From the NCBI GenBank assembly GCA_012295275.1, contig CM022678.1, positions 7,254,001 through 7,318,000 of the forward strand: a stretch of DNA of 64,000 nucleotides, read 5' to 3'. The position numbers and the translations under genes were made by a program. This document shows, piece after piece, positions 31,004 through 47,215 of the stretch. A model generated the notes under the pieces. It was not told where the DNA came from, did not search any database, and saw only the letters and a list, made by a program, of their open reading frames with translations. Position 1 is the first letter of the stretch; each line of letters opens with the position of its first letter. Source of the DNA: Chrysomallon squamiferum (Eukaryota; Animalia; Mollusca).

Positions 31004-31310
31004 AACAAAAAAGGACAGTGTAAAAAAAAAAAAAAAATTGTTTAAAAAAGTTGATGGATTGAGAAAAGAGAGAGAGAGAGAAAAAAAAGGTCGAGGAAAG
31101 AGGAATAAAATTGGAAGTGACGTAAAGTGACATGAATTACTGTTTTAAATGTATCTTCTCTCCTAAGAATATTAGTGGGAGGAAAAGCAAAATACAAAAA
31201 AAAAAAAAAAAAAAAAAAAAAAAGATAAAAAGTCAAAAGATTAATACGAACAAGATTTTTCAATTATAAATTGTTTTGGCTGCCCTCTCTGTCATGTGTT
31301 TGTTTTTCCT

Positions 31311-31437
<127 letters not shown>

Positions 31438-32624
31438 ACTTTGTAACATTTTAAAATAAGTAATCAGTTTTTATATCGTATTACCAATATATTGTAAAAA
31501 TTCGTTTCTCTTACATTTTTAAAGAAATTTACGAAAGAAATTAATGTTTCAATTTGAAGAAAAAGAACAAGAAGAACAACTTTCCTTCTTTGTTTCTTAG
31601 GTGTTTTTTTTTTTTTTTATTAATCTATCATTCTTTTCTTTCTTCTCTCACTCTTTGTTAGTCGTCTATTTTCTTTTTTTCTGCATCCTCAATGTTTTTT
31701 TTTTTTTTTAAATTCCTTCTCTCTACCTCCTTGGGGATGCCCCCATGTGTTTCTGTTCGCCAGTGTAAAGAGATCTATCTTTTAATTAAATTTAATTTGT
31801 TGTTTTAAAGAATTTGTTGGTGGTGGGCGGTTTTTTTCGTCATCTTACCAATGGCTTTGAATGGGAAAAAAAAAGAAAAAAAAATCGAAAACTCAGAAAA
31901 CGTTTAAAATGCGGCAACGTTTTTGAATTTTCAGCCGTTTGATATTGCTAGTATTAATTTTTATAAAAATTTCTTTGTGAAACGTTTAATAATTTTGTTA
32001 TAAATTTTGATCATTTAGAAATTTCATAACGTCTAAAATTTATCTTCTCGTGACAAAATAAATTAGTAATTTTTTTTTTAATTTTAAGTTTACAGTAAAG
32101 TAATTGATATATATAGTTAAAGTCTTTTCGGAATTGTATAATTTATGGTGTTTTAGAATTACCAAATTTGGAGTTTATGGTAACACAATTAAGAATTTAT
32201 GAATTTTATTCTTTAGAAATTTCATTATTCTGTGGCTTTTTGGTTAAACTGTATTTTACGATTTCAGTATTAGGATAAAGTATTTAACAATTTTGGTTTT
32301 TTATGGTTTACCATTTACGGCAAATTGATTTTCATATTTTCGTTATTTTATGGAATACGGTAATATATATATATTTCAGTTTCAGAATTCTATAGCTTAC
32401 ACATACATCTTATAATCAGTTTCACTACTGTTTTTCATTCCAGTATCGGCTTTCAAGAATGCAGCATATTCCACTTCAACACGACGTACGTTTATAATCG
32501 GCGGTTTCCGAAGTTGTCAGTTTCGCAGTAACAGTTTTCCGAACCGCACGACGGAATTTGCCGAGTCCGAGCCCGACTGTGAAACGAACACGTGTTTGAG
32601 AAAAAAAAAAAAAAAAGCTACTGT

Positions 32625-32638
32625 GTTACCATAGAGAC
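32625..32638 (-). promoter_or_regulatory. RFX X-box
   Basis: GTTACCATAGAGAC (reverse complement GTCTCTATGGTAAC) fits the 14-bp X-box consensus, 50 nt upstream of ATG 32689. Confidence 0.5.
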
Positions 32639-32688
32639 GTTGTAACGGCAAAAATCGTACGAGGAATATATTATTTATTATCAGCAGG

Positions 32689-32740
32689 ATGCTCGCATCA
32701 AAGTGTATCTGGATATTTCTGGTTTTTGTACAAGTGCGAG
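32689..32740 (+). CDS. Candidate first coding exon encoding a signal peptide (MLASKCIWIFLVFVQVR-, phase-1 intron) of an unidentified secreted/membrane protein
   Basis: ATG 32689, 17 codons with a basic residue then a hydrophobic core, ending at donor GAG|GTAAGA (32740/1). Upstream lie acceptor TTTTTCATTCCAG| (32443) and a TCAGTT Inr (32517-32522). Downstream exons were not identified. Confidence 0.45.
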
Positions 32741-32756
32741 GTAAGAGGTTCTTATC

Positions 32757-32792
<36 letters not shown>

Positions 32793-32898
32793 CAGAAAAT
32801 TTAACACATCTCTCTCTTCTTTTTTTTTTTTTTTTTTTTTTTTATTTTGACAAGGACCGTTTAAGATATTAATTAAATAATATAAAGAGATCTCTCTC

Positions 32899-32931
<33 letters not shown>

Positions 32932-34000
32932 CACGATCCGATTAAGATATAATTAAATAGGACGATGTTGTCTTCGTTGTTGAAGGAATGAATGCTTGTT
33001 TCAAAATCATAAAATTAATGAGTTTTATTACGATGAAAATTTTAGAATAAAGACACAAACATACAAACACACAAACAAACACACACACAAATAATTAAAT
33101 AAATAAATAAATAAACAAAAAACAAACATGGAAACAAACAAAGAAACCAGCAAACAGACAAACAGATAAAAATAATAGAACAGAATAAAATAAAATAAAA
33201 TAAAATAAAATAAATATAAATAAAGAAATATATAAATAAATAAATAAATAAATAAGCAAGTAAACTGAAAAAATATTATCAAACATTTATCATCAAATCG
33301 GTAAAAAAAAAAAAATTCTGCCGTTTCATGGCAGTAAATGAAACAAACGTTTTGACATTGACTGACTGATCATCTTTTCATTAATCTTTTGTTTCAACGT
33401 TAATTTAAATCTTTAATCCAAATAACTTTTGTGTTGTTTTCCGGCACACTAGATAACTGTCCTTCCCCTTCATATCATAATTATTTCGTACTTTTAGCCT
33501 TAAAAAAAAAAAAAAAAAAAAAAAAAAATTAAAATAATAAAAACAAATAATAATAATAAAAATGTCAGTTTCGGAAATTCTACGCATCTAGTTAATTTTT
33601 TTTCGCCCTGTTATATACCGCTGAGAAACTTGCAATTAAAACTACATAATGAAATTAAACCTCAGGCGAAACTGTTTATCAGTATTAGAGATAGACTTAA
33701 TTCGTTTTTTTTTTTTCCTGCAGTTTTTTAAAATTAAATCACGTTTGTAGACCCTCCCCCTCCCCTCCCCCTCCCCCTCCTCCTCCACGTTGCACCTGTT
33801 GGATTCCAGTTTTCAGTATAAATGTTTGGGTTTATATAAAATGTGGAATGAACTGAGATGAACTAGAAATGAGTACACAAAATGATTGTAGAAAATATGT
33901 TGGTTTTTTTTTTTTCCGTCTTTTCTTTCAGTTTGCTTGTTTCTGTCTATCGTTCACTGATTTTTCTATCTACCTATCAGTCAGTCTATCTATCTATCTA

Positions 34001-34047
<47 letters not shown>

Positions 34048-34051
34048 TCTA

Positions 34052-34107
<56 letters not shown>

Positions 34108-34195
34108 TCAAGCTAGCTAGCTATCTGTATATCTGTCTGTATCTCTGTCTATTTGTTAATATATAAATGTATGAATGTATGTATGTATGTATGTA

Positions 34196-34244
<49 letters not shown>

Positions 34245-34861
34245 CTGTATACCGATACATACATCCATATCCATGATCAATACCTTTGTCTACATCCATA
34301 TTTATATCAGTGATCTGTTTATTTAAAATCACTTTTCCAGTTTTATTTGCCAAGAAACGTGGCTAATCAAAACCACATTAAAATATCACTGTACAAATAC
34401 GATGTTGTTGTAGGCGTTGCTGCTGATGTTGTTGTTGTTGAAAACTCTGCTTAATTTAGTGTTCTTTTATAACTGTCCAAGGACTCAGGTGATAATAAAA
34501 AGTATCTGTTGAAAAATCCGGTTGTTATGATTTTGTTTTATTGTTCGTTGGTTTGTTATAGCGGGCCTGATCAATCGAGTTTACTGGTTATGTTTGTAAA
34601 CTGTAAAGTAAGTGTAGATGATATCATTTTCACGAAAAACGTGTGTTTGTGAGTATATCTGAATATTGTAAATGTGCTGGTATGCGTGCGTGTGTGTGTT
34701 TGTACATTCTGTATTTTCGATTTTGTTTACATATAGTTATATATATATATATATATACATAACAGAGTGAGAGATAAAGGAAGAGATATTTTTTAATAGC
34801 TTTTGTTGTTAGTATTATCATTCTTGTTTCTTGTGGGGGTTTGTTTTATTATTAATATTAA

Positions 34862-34950
<89 letters not shown>

Positions 34951-35034
34951 CCACTGTTATTATTATTACTATTATTATTATTATTATTATTATTGTTATT
35001 ATTATTATTATTACTGTTGTTGTTGTTTGTTTGT

Positions 35035-35089
<55 letters not shown>

Positions 35090-35688
35090 TCTGTTTATGT
35101 GTTTATCTACGTACCTAAACCCGCATTCCTGGATCTCAAATAACGCACACAACAATTATAAATCATTCACGCACACTCTCTAAGATCCCAGATGTGTCAG
35201 GTTCGTTCTGGGTTATTACGATTTCGCATCGTTATTTTTTTTTTAACTGTCCATCGTATCACTTAACGGTCATTCATGTTTCCCTTCGTTGCACAGCGTC
35301 TCCTAGATCCATTCTTACCTCGCAGGAAAATTTCCAGAAAATATCTAGGGAAGGAAGACATGGATGATCTTAATTGATTCCCGAAACCAATTAGTCTATT
35401 TGGAAAAAATAAAAATTACAATAAAAATAAAATAAAATCATAGAAAAAAACAGATTTTGGTCAGATTAATACGTTTGGCAGTTTACGATCGTCTGCAGAG
35501 CAGTCGTAGTTAATCAGTGGCTGAATTGTTACGTTTTAAATGAATTCTCTTTATTAAGTGTGGTTGGGAGGAGTTTGGGATCGAATCCTAGTACCGACTG
35601 CTATCTAGAATTTATTACGAGGAATAGAATGAGTAAATATTTTTGTCCCATAAGACTATTAATACAACAATTCTTCTTCTTCTTCTTC

Positions 35689-35733
<45 letters not shown>

Positions 35734-36640
35734 TTATTATTATATTATCGTTGTTGTTATTATTGTTATTATTGTTGTTATTATTATTATATTATTGTTG
35801 TTATTATTGTTATTATTATTGTTGTTCTTCTTCTTCTTCTTCTATTATTATTAGTAGTAGTAGTCGTAGTACTATTAGTGGTAGTAGTAGGTGTAGTAGT
35901 AAAAGTATGTAGTAGTAGTAGTGTAGTAGTACTAGTGTAGTAGTAGTAGTAGTAGTGGTAGTAGTAGTAGGGTTGCTGTTATTTTTTTATTATTATTACT
36001 CTTCTTTTTCTTTTTATTATTGTCATCATTATGACTGCACCATCATCATTACTATTATTATTATTATTAATCATCTCATCATCATCATCATAATCATCAT
36101 CATTCCTATCATCTTTCTAACTCTGTTCTTGACAAACAAGCTGTGCTGTCAGTTTGTGTGTGTTCTGGATATTTTCGGAACACCTCGCAGCCATGTCTGT
36201 TTCACTGAAAGCCGCGATATTTATTTTCCTGTCTAGGGGATGGTCTACTAAGCAAAATAAAAAGAGTGACCCGTTCGCGTGACTCTAACGAATTTGTTCT
36301 CGCTTTGTCCGTCTGGCTTTTGTTCTCATGCATTAAGCTGTGTAACTGTAGATGTGAAATAGTCTGAAGACGTCATTCAATAACGTGCTGTTTTTTTTTG
36401 TTTTTTGTTTTTTTTTCATTCATTTACAAGTAAATCGTAACCATTCACTTTTAGAAATTATCTGTTATAGACGTTTCAGTTTGCTGTATTACTATGATCA
36501 TTCTTCTTCTTCTTCTTCTTCTTCTTCTTCTTCTTCTTCTTCTTCTTCTTCTTCTTCTTCTTCTTCTTCTTCTGCTTATTCTTCTTCTTATTATTATTAC
36601 TATTATTTTCTTTGTTCTTATTGTTATTATTATTATTATT

Positions 36641-36704
<64 letters not shown>

Positions 36705-36904
36705 GTATATATGTATATGTATATGCATGTATCTATGTACGTATGTATGTATGTATAGATAAACACACACGCACGCACAGACGCACACACATATATTTTT
36801 ATATTATTATTTTCAACTGTATTATTGTTATCATTTTCTCATTTTTATTTATTATTTTCATTTATTTTCATTTTATTTCATTTTGACGCGGATTTTGTTT
36901 TACT

Positions 36905-37195
36905 TTCAATGTAAAACTTAGAATTTTGAGAATGTAAAACAGAGAATTTAAAACAGAGAATTTAAAACAGAATGTAAAACAGAGAATGTAAAACTGAGAA
37001 TTGAGAATGTAAAACTGAGAATGTAAAACTTTATGTAAAACATTCTGTAAAACAGAGAATGTAAAACAGAGAATGTAAAACTGAGAATGTAAAACTGAGA
37101 ATGTAAAACTGAGAATGTAAAACTGAGAATGTAAAACTGAGAATGTAAAACTGAGAATGTAAAACTGAGCATGTAAAACAGAGAATGTAAAATGT
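36905..37195 (+). repeat. 14-bp minisatellite, ~20 units
   Basis: Unit GAGAATGTAAAACT / GAGAATGTAAAACA. Confidence 0.95.
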
Positions 37196-37559
37196 AACGA
37201 GTAGAAGGCAACGAAAAAAACCGTTGACAGTTGACTTGGCAGAAAGTCCAATTAAAAGTACTCCACGTCGTTTTGAAACACCGCAGTGTTTTTTACTGTT
37301 TTAGTTATTTGAGTCCGAGTTCAGCCTAGATGGTTTTAAAAAAATATTTATTTATAATACTATATAAACCGTTTTTAAAAATATTGTATAATATAAAAGA
37401 TAACATAATATAATATAATATAATATAATATAATGGATAATATAATATAATAGATGGAAAGATGAATGGAAAGACAGACAGATAGAGAGATAGATGGATG
37501 GAGGGAGGGATGAATGGATGGACAAAAAGAGAACGAAAACAACAGCAAGAAAATAGCAA

Positions 37560-37597
<38 letters not shown>

Positions 37598-38205
37598 ATA
37601 ATAATAATAAAAATAAATAAATAAATAAATAAATAAGTAAATAAATAAATAAATAAGTAAATAAGTAAATAAATAAAAAAGTAAATAAATAAGTAAATAA
37701 ATAAATAAATAAATAAATAAATTAATTAATAAATCAAAAAAAATAAATAAATAAATAAAATAAAATAAAATAAAATAAACACTTAAATAAATAAACAAAA
37801 CCAAAGAATAGTAAAAAAAATAAAAAAATAAACTAAATTAAGAATACAGACTCCTCGTTAATTTCGACTGTATTAACAGTGAGCATTGAGCGTCTGTGCA
37901 TACCTAAATGTGCTCACCACGTGTGACATTCACTGAATAAACTGTGAGTTTAAATTAATCACTGAGTGGGTCACTGAACTCAGTGAGGGAACAGTCTACA
38001 ACTGGCATTTTATCACCGTTTTATTACTTTCAATACTTACCTTATTGTTATCTTCTTTTTCTTCTTTTTTCCCTTTTTTTTTTTGTCGTCTTATTTATTT
38101 ATTTATTTATTTATTTATTTTATTTATTTCTTTATTTATTTATTTATTTTATTATTATTATTTTATTAATTTATTTATTTATTTTTTTTTAAATTTTGAT
38201 TTCTT

Positions 38206-38236
<31 letters not shown>

Positions 38237-39002
38237 TTATTATTATGTTTGTTTGTTTTGTTATTATTATTTTTTTATTCTCCGGAATTTTGTTTGTTTT
38301 TATTACGTATTTTATTATTATTAATTTCTTTTTTGGTTCTGTTTTGTTGCTTTTCTCTTATTTGTGTTTTTTGCCATGTTACTATACAGTCAGTATAACT
38401 GTTATTGTTTACCTACGTTATCTTTATTTTTAAATAACTGTATGTAAGTCCGTTCGTACGGAAAGGCATGTACATATATTACACACACATACACACACAC
38501 ATACATACACTCACACACACACATACATACACACTCACACACACACACACAAACACACACACATATACACTCGTTCAGTTGTACATGCTTTCTGTCCAAA
38601 CTTACATGCAGACAGAAATATATATATATATATATATGTGTGTGTGTTTGTGTGTATATATGTGTGTATATATGTGTGTGTGTGTGTGTCTGTGTCTGTG
38701 TTTATATGTGTGTGTTTATGTGTGTGTATGTGTGTGTGTCTGTGGCTGTGTGTATGTGTCTGTGTATGTGTGTGTGTGTCTGTGTATGTGTGTGTATGTC
38801 TGTCTGTGTATGTGTGTGTGTCTCTGTGTATGTGTCTGTGTGTGTATGTGTGTCTGTGTGTGTATGTGTCTGTCTGTGTGTATGTGTGTGTGCCTCTGTG
38901 TATGTGTCTGTCTCTGTGTCTGTATGTATGTGTGTGTATGTCTGTCTGTGTGTCTGTGTGTGTCTGTATGTCTGTCTGTGTGTGTGTGTGTGTGTGTCTA
39001 TA

Positions 39003-39040
<38 letters not shown>

Positions 39041-39442
39041 TCTGATTCACTCGTGAATCTGGCGATGCAGTGCGTGCAGGCGGATCGTTCTGTGACTGGA
39101 ATCGATGGAGAGCTGTAGGAACCGCGGTCAGGTAATTCCGCTGTGGAGACGAGTTCTTCTCAAAGTTAACAAATCTGAGGCCATTACGCTGTGCTGTTAT
39201 CTCGTAACCAGCAAACAAGCACGTCTTTAGCGTCACAGTGTGCTCAGTCTACGGGCCCTTCGTTCTGTGGGTGGCTCAGTTTATCATAGATCATCACCGA
39301 CTCTCGCAAATTTACTTTCAGTTCAGCGATTACGAATATTTTGTGAAATATTGAGGAGTTATACATATTTCTTGATAATGTATATTTCCTGTGATATATG
39401 TACATAAACACACGCATACACACACACATGACAGACACAGAT

Positions 39443-40148
<706 letters not shown>

Positions 40149-40716
40149 CACAAATACACATTAAATACACACACGGACAATTGAACACCAGGTCAAAACG
40201 CCACGACTCCGAGTAAAACGCGTTTAAACTCACTTTGCTCTTTACTCATTTGATTATGTTAATGCTAAGTGCTAATTACAGGGCGTATTATGGAAGTCTT
40301 AACGCTTAAGTGCTTTGATGTGATTCCGGGTCTGCCGTTTATCAACAGAGATGCTTCGGCGAGCTCCGGCTAAGTACAGCGGATAGACAATTTGTCTGTG
40401 AGTCGAGAAGCGCTAATAGATTCGTGTGTCCAACTGCGGCCAGGCGTGATGACCCCTACGGTTAAGCGCTTCAGCTTAAGAGTGGTTTATTCCCAGATCG
40501 CGCCCCGATGTCTGCTAGTGTGAGGAAGTGTTGTCAGACCGTTTAATTATTTCATCTTCTCTTCGTTGTAAATATATTTTTTTATTTTTTTTTTTATTAT
40601 TATTATACTGATATATAGAATGGTTGTCTCTCTTCATCTTTTTCTGTCTGTCTGTCTGTGTGTATGTCTCTATCTCTACCTTGCTCTCTCTTTCTCTTTG
40701 TCTCTCTCTCTATTCC

Positions 40717-40806
<90 letters not shown>

Positions 40807-41134
40807 ATCTATCTATCTATCTGTCTATGTATATATATGCGTGTATGTATCTATTTGTCTGTCTGTCTGTGAGTATCTATCCATCTGTATCTCCCTATCA
40901 ATATCTATCTATCTATCTATCTATCTAATCTCCCTATCAATATCTATCTATCTATTTATCTATCTATATATCTCTCTCTCTATCTATCTATCTATCTGTC
41001 TCTCTATTTATTTATCTGCCTATCTGTCTGTGTATCTATCTATCTATCTCTCTGTCTATCTATCTGATTGTCTGTTTGTCTATATGTCTGTCTGTCTTTC
41101 TATCTGAATATCTATATTTCCTTGTCTATCTAGA

Positions 41135-41235
<101 letters not shown>

Positions 41236-41620
41236 GCGTATGTAGCTCACAGAAAAACCCGGTTCTTCTCCTCTACCGATTCATTCTCACGGACTGGTAA
41301 CACTCTCTTCAGATCGATGGTAACAGGGTAACGTCACACAACCCGGAATTACTAGCTTCATAATTTACTACCACCGCCTCCGTAGAAGGTCTAACTAACT
41401 TTACAGTGGACAAAACACCCTTCGGATTTCATTAGTTTTATTACAGTGCTTTTTCTCGGTTTCAGAACTGTCGTGTATAATTAGGCCTGGGTCAACGGAC
41501 GTCACGTGATCACGTGACATTCGTCGTTTGTAAAATTTGTTATAAAAAAAAGGGAAAAGGTATTGAGTAGCGTGGTTATGCAGTTAGTATTAATAAGGTA
41601 ATAGAGAAGTTAGAGAAATA

Positions 41621-41664
<44 letters not shown>

Positions 41665-41885
41665 ATATATGATAATAATAAAGAAATGTTTTATTTTTGT
41701 ATCAAACAGTTTAATTGTATGATCTATTTATTTATGTATGTTCCTTCTTATGTATAGCTGTATATTATTATTATTATCATCATCATCATCATCTTCATTA
41801 TTATCATCATTATGTTGTTGCTGTTGTCTTTACTATTATTTGATTTCAGGAGATGCATTATAGTTTTAGTAGTAAAAACACCATC

Positions 41886-41917
<32 letters not shown>

Positions 41918-41922
41918 TGATA

Positions 41923-41961
<39 letters not shown>

Positions 41962-42215
41962 TAATAATAATAGCCATAACAATAATAATAATAAAATAAC
42001 AACAGCAACAATAATTCTTTCTTTTCTTTTTAATTTTAACAATAAAAAATAATAACAACAGTAATAATAATAAAATAAAAAAAGATAAAAGATCATTTTT
42101 TTTTTTTTTTTTTTTTTTTTTTATTTTAGTTAAGAAAAAAAAGAAGAAGAAAACAAATAGAAAAAAATGTATCCTCTTCACATATTGACGTTAATGACAG
42201 AACCACAAAGAGCAC

Positions 42216-42289
<74 letters not shown>

Positions 42290-42532
42290 TATCACGGGCT
42301 ATTTCAACAACGTAACCGGGCAGAAAACATCAAATTACGCCAATCCGCACCGTTTGGCAATTTACCCTCATTCACCATCGGCCTGTGTGTATATGTACCA
42401 TTACGACAAATATTAACCAAGCACGTGAATTTTTCCAGTATTTTTTCCAGTATTCTAACAGTCAACACGATTTGGATGAAATCTCTCTCTCTCAGCCTTA
42501 CAGCAACAACAGATTAATCGAGTCTAAAGAAA

Positions 42533-42567
<35 letters not shown>

Positions 42568-43150
42568 CAATGAGAATTCCAAGTTGATGTTTTCTGGTTC
42601 TTGTGTTTTTCTAGACAGCTGCATCTTGCGCGTTGAAAAGGGAAATAACCCGAAGCGTCCAAGGATCGTGGGATCGATCGCCAGCTGGGTTTTTTTTTTT
42701 TTTTTTTTTTTCTTTCTCGTTATTTCAGAAACAGACAGCCTTGCCCCTAGGGGACACTCGGACTCTGGGTCGATTCCCCGAAGTGGTCCATTTTTTTTTC
42801 TGTTGCATAGCGGGAGGTTGTCTTGTTGTCAAGGCGACCGGCTCCTGCAAGCGTTTTTAATAGTCGCTGGGACAAATCCCCTTTAAGCGTTTTTTTCCCA
42901 TTCCAAACAAGGACAAAGTTTTAGTTCAGGAATGTGTTCTCGTTATGCACATTTAATCTTGTGTTTCTTTATGTTGTTATTATTGTTATTACTGTTGTTT
43001 TTATTATGTTATTATTTTATTATTATTAAATTTATTCATTTTTTTTTATAACTATTTTTTTTTTTACTATTAATTACTTTTAAATGTCATAAATTACCGA
43101 TTTTTAAGAAAAATATTTTAAACTTTTTTAAACATTTTTAAAATTAAACA

Positions 43151-43200
<50 letters not shown>

Positions 43201-43892
43201 TAAACGACCAAAAAAAAAAAAAAAAATGGAAGCAAAAGAAAAAAAGAAAGAAAGCAATATAAATAATGACTCACGGAAAAACCCGAATAGCAACGAAAAA
43301 AAATAAAAATAAATAAAAAAAGATACGAACCGAAAAATCAACCAATCGTTATAATTATACTTCGTGACTCGGTAACGTGCGCGTTGTAATTATCCAGCAC
43401 GACATCTTAATGTTAGTTACTCGGAAACAAACGAATATCGCGGCATATCACGAAATTTGTCGTAATAAATTTTCCTTACAGTTTTATCGCTGATCGAGTT
43501 TTCTATTCCGGGGAGAAGCTATTAAACTGATAAACGTAATTACTATCAAAGAGGATGGATTATGAGATTTTTCAAACACATAATTACGTGTATGAAAAGA
43601 AATTAAAGTCATGAAATGTTATGTGATTCCTTAGAGCGCTGTTTTTTTTTAAATAACCGTACATTTTCCTGTCTGTATATTAATAATAATGATAAATAAT
43701 ATAAATAAATAAATAAATAAATAAATAAAAGAAATGTTTATAAGAAACAATCGTATATTATTAGAAGAAAACAGAGAACGTAAGAGTAGATGTATTTTAG
43801 GAAAGAATATTGACTGAGAAAGACGTAAAAGAAATTTCCTGTTTGTTTGTGAGAGAGTGAGAAAGATAGATAGATAGATAGATAGATTGACT

Positions 43893-44038
<146 letters not shown>

Positions 44039-44530
44039 CTTAAATGGAGTATCGAAGGGTTTCTATCATGGATTAAACGTAAATTTAAGAACGATGTGTT
44101 GATCTAAGAAAACATTTAAGAATAATAAAAGTTTACAAATGTAACACAATTCATGTGAATGTACAACTTTTAGCTGTCTGACAGACCAAGAACTTAAATT
44201 AAAATATATTGGCAGATATTGTTTTTTTTTTTTTTTTTTTCACTGATCTTTTCTTCTTTCTTTCTACTGTTATTTATCCTTTTCTTTTCAATTTTTATTT
44301 TGCTCTTGGTCGTTATCAGACTGGATTTTCTGCAAAATTTGATGTGTTTTATAGAAACTGCGAATGAAAAATTAATATTTAACATCTGCAATATTCACAC
44401 AGACACAAACACACACTCAGACATGCAAACACACATTCATAACGGTTAAAGATTAATTTCACAGATACACGATCATTAAGCAGTTATTATATATTGTTGT
44501 TGTTGTAGTAGTAGTTGTTGTTGTTATTAC

Positions 44531-44586
<56 letters not shown>

Positions 44587-44587
44587 C

Positions 44588-44620
<33 letters not shown>

Positions 44621-44929
44621 TACTACTACTACTACACAAGATCTATGATTTCCCCTTACGCAATTTCTGAATATCACAATTACTGCTCCCTGGTAACTTC
44701 TTAAACAATGGCGGCTATCGACAAGCCCGATGCCGGTCTTCTGCCTTTTCGCGCCAAAGCGGTCGTTTAATTTCCTCCTTGAGAAACCCAGAGCATCTGT
44801 TCGAACTAACGAGATATCGCGAAGTACGGCAAAGTGTCCATCATCTGACACTTTGTCGAATTGAGAAAGTCGGCTGATACGGTAATCAATTGTGAAGACC
44901 CGCGCAGACTGGGCTATGAATAAAAAGAC

Positions 44930-44966
<37 letters not shown>

Positions 44967-45624
44967 GTGCATTCACTGTCGATTGAAATGCAAATACAAA
45001 TATAACGTCTTATTATTCGTTTCCATTTGCACCGTGGTTTTTTTTGTATGTCTTAAAGAGGAGGGGGGATGGGGTGGTTGGGGGGTACGTTTGTAGATTT
45101 ATTTGTTGTTAGTTATTTAGTTAGTAATTTACTTTTTTTTTGTTGTTGACTTAACTTTATTACTTTTTATGTTATACGTTACGGGGTATTTTTCTTATTT
45201 GAAATTTATTTATTTATTGATGTATTTATTTATTTATTTATTTATTATTATTATTACTATTATTATTATTTAATAATTTATTTTAAGTACTTGCTCATTT
45301 ATTCACGTAATTAAATCAGTTATTTATCTACAAAAAATATTTACTTAGTTTAAAAGTTCTTACGTGTTTGTATACTTACTATTAGTCATTATCTACTTAA
45401 TATTTATATATTGATTTATTTAGTAACTTATTTGTAGTACTCAGTTGTAATTACTTATTTATCTGTTTTACACGAACACACCCAAATATATATAGATATA
45501 TACATATATATACATTAATAGTCACAGACACAGACACAATCATGCAATGACAAAGACGAACATAAACACGCATACAAATGCAGTACACACACACACACAC
45601 AAACACAGAGACATACATACACAC

Positions 45625-45663
<39 letters not shown>

Positions 45664-46011
45664 TCAACTCATCAATTTTATTTAACCACTTCGTATCGTT
45701 TCTACAATTATTTTCTTCGGCAAACGAGAAATCCCTGTAACTGTAAACTTTACAAGTTCGCGTGACTCCGACCTAACAAAGTTTGCGAGTTGCAATTCCT
45801 CGGAGAGTCTAACAGAGGTCTGTGATGTATCGCTTCCACGTCATGGCAACTGAAATAAACGCTGATTAATGACGAAAGTACGAAAAGTAAACTATACGTC
45901 ACAGCAGCCAGTCAGTCAGTCAGTGAGGGGGTGGAAATGAAACCTTATATCAATGTTTTGTAAGTATATTCGGGCAGGTGCGTGGATGTTTTTTTTGCGG
46001 ACGTCTGTGTG

Positions 46012-46046
<35 letters not shown>

Positions 46047-46260
46047 CGTGTATGTCTGGTTCTGTGAGCGTTTGTATTTAATGTGTCTGGCTTATTGTTC
46101 CTTTTATTTGTTTGTTTGTACGTTTATATGACTGTATGTATGTGTTTGAGTTTGTGTGTGTGTGGATGTGCGTATGTAAAATGTTGTGTGCGTCTGTATA
46201 TATATATATATATATATAAATGTATGTATGTATGTATGTTTGTATCTCTCTCTCTGTCTG

Positions 46261-46361
<101 letters not shown>

Positions 46362-46835
46362 GTATTTATATTTATGAATGCATAAGTGTTTCTCTCTGTA
46401 TGAATAATTAATGTGGCCATGTATAGTGTATCTATATGTGCGTGTGCGTGTGTGTGTGTGTGTGTAAATGGTGTCCGTGTGCATGTGTGTATCTGCGTGT
46501 TAGTGTCTGAGTGTACGTGAGTGCGTATGTGCGTGTGCTTTTGTTTGTGAGAGAGATTCTGAACATAACGAGTTTGGTGAAGAACCCAAAATAGCAACAA
46601 AGTAAATACCATCAAAAGCAACCAGATGATGATGATGATGATGATGATGGTAATAATGATAATAATGATGGTGGCACATATGACACGGAAGAAAACAAAC
46701 TCACTGATGATTACATTAATTTAGAATAAACCCGAACTGAGGCAAACTTGAATTACTTCTTTTGTTGATTAATTCTGCGTTTAATTACCTAATTATAAAT
46801 GTTCTGATATGTATCGATTTTGTACACATTATTAG

Positions 46836-46867
<32 letters not shown>

Positions 46868-46984
46868 TACATACTTTCATAATTAAATACACACACACAC
46901 ACATATATATACATATATATACACATACACACACGTATACATACATATGTGTGTATGTGTGTGTGTGTGTGTGCGTGTTTTCTG

Positions 46985-47127
46985 TGGAGTGATTCGGTAT
47001 AATTATTGTGCCTTATTTTCAGTGTACTCGGAAAACTTTGGCAAGGAGCTATTTTTATCAGAAAGTATTTTTAGTATTCAAATACATTCCAGTTAGATAA
47101 GTAACTCTTTTACATAGCTCTGAACGA

Positions 47128-47189
<62 letters not shown>

Positions 47190-47215
47190 TACTATTATTA
47201 TTATTATTACTATTA
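46985..47215 (+). mobile_element. Short dispersed element with (ATT)n tail, copy 1
   Basis: ATTCGGTATAATTATT...TACTCGGAAAA...GAGCTA...TAGTATTCAAATACATTC...ATAGCTCT...(TTA)n; homologues at 48290-48512 (-) and 56893-57095 (+). Confidence 0.65.
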
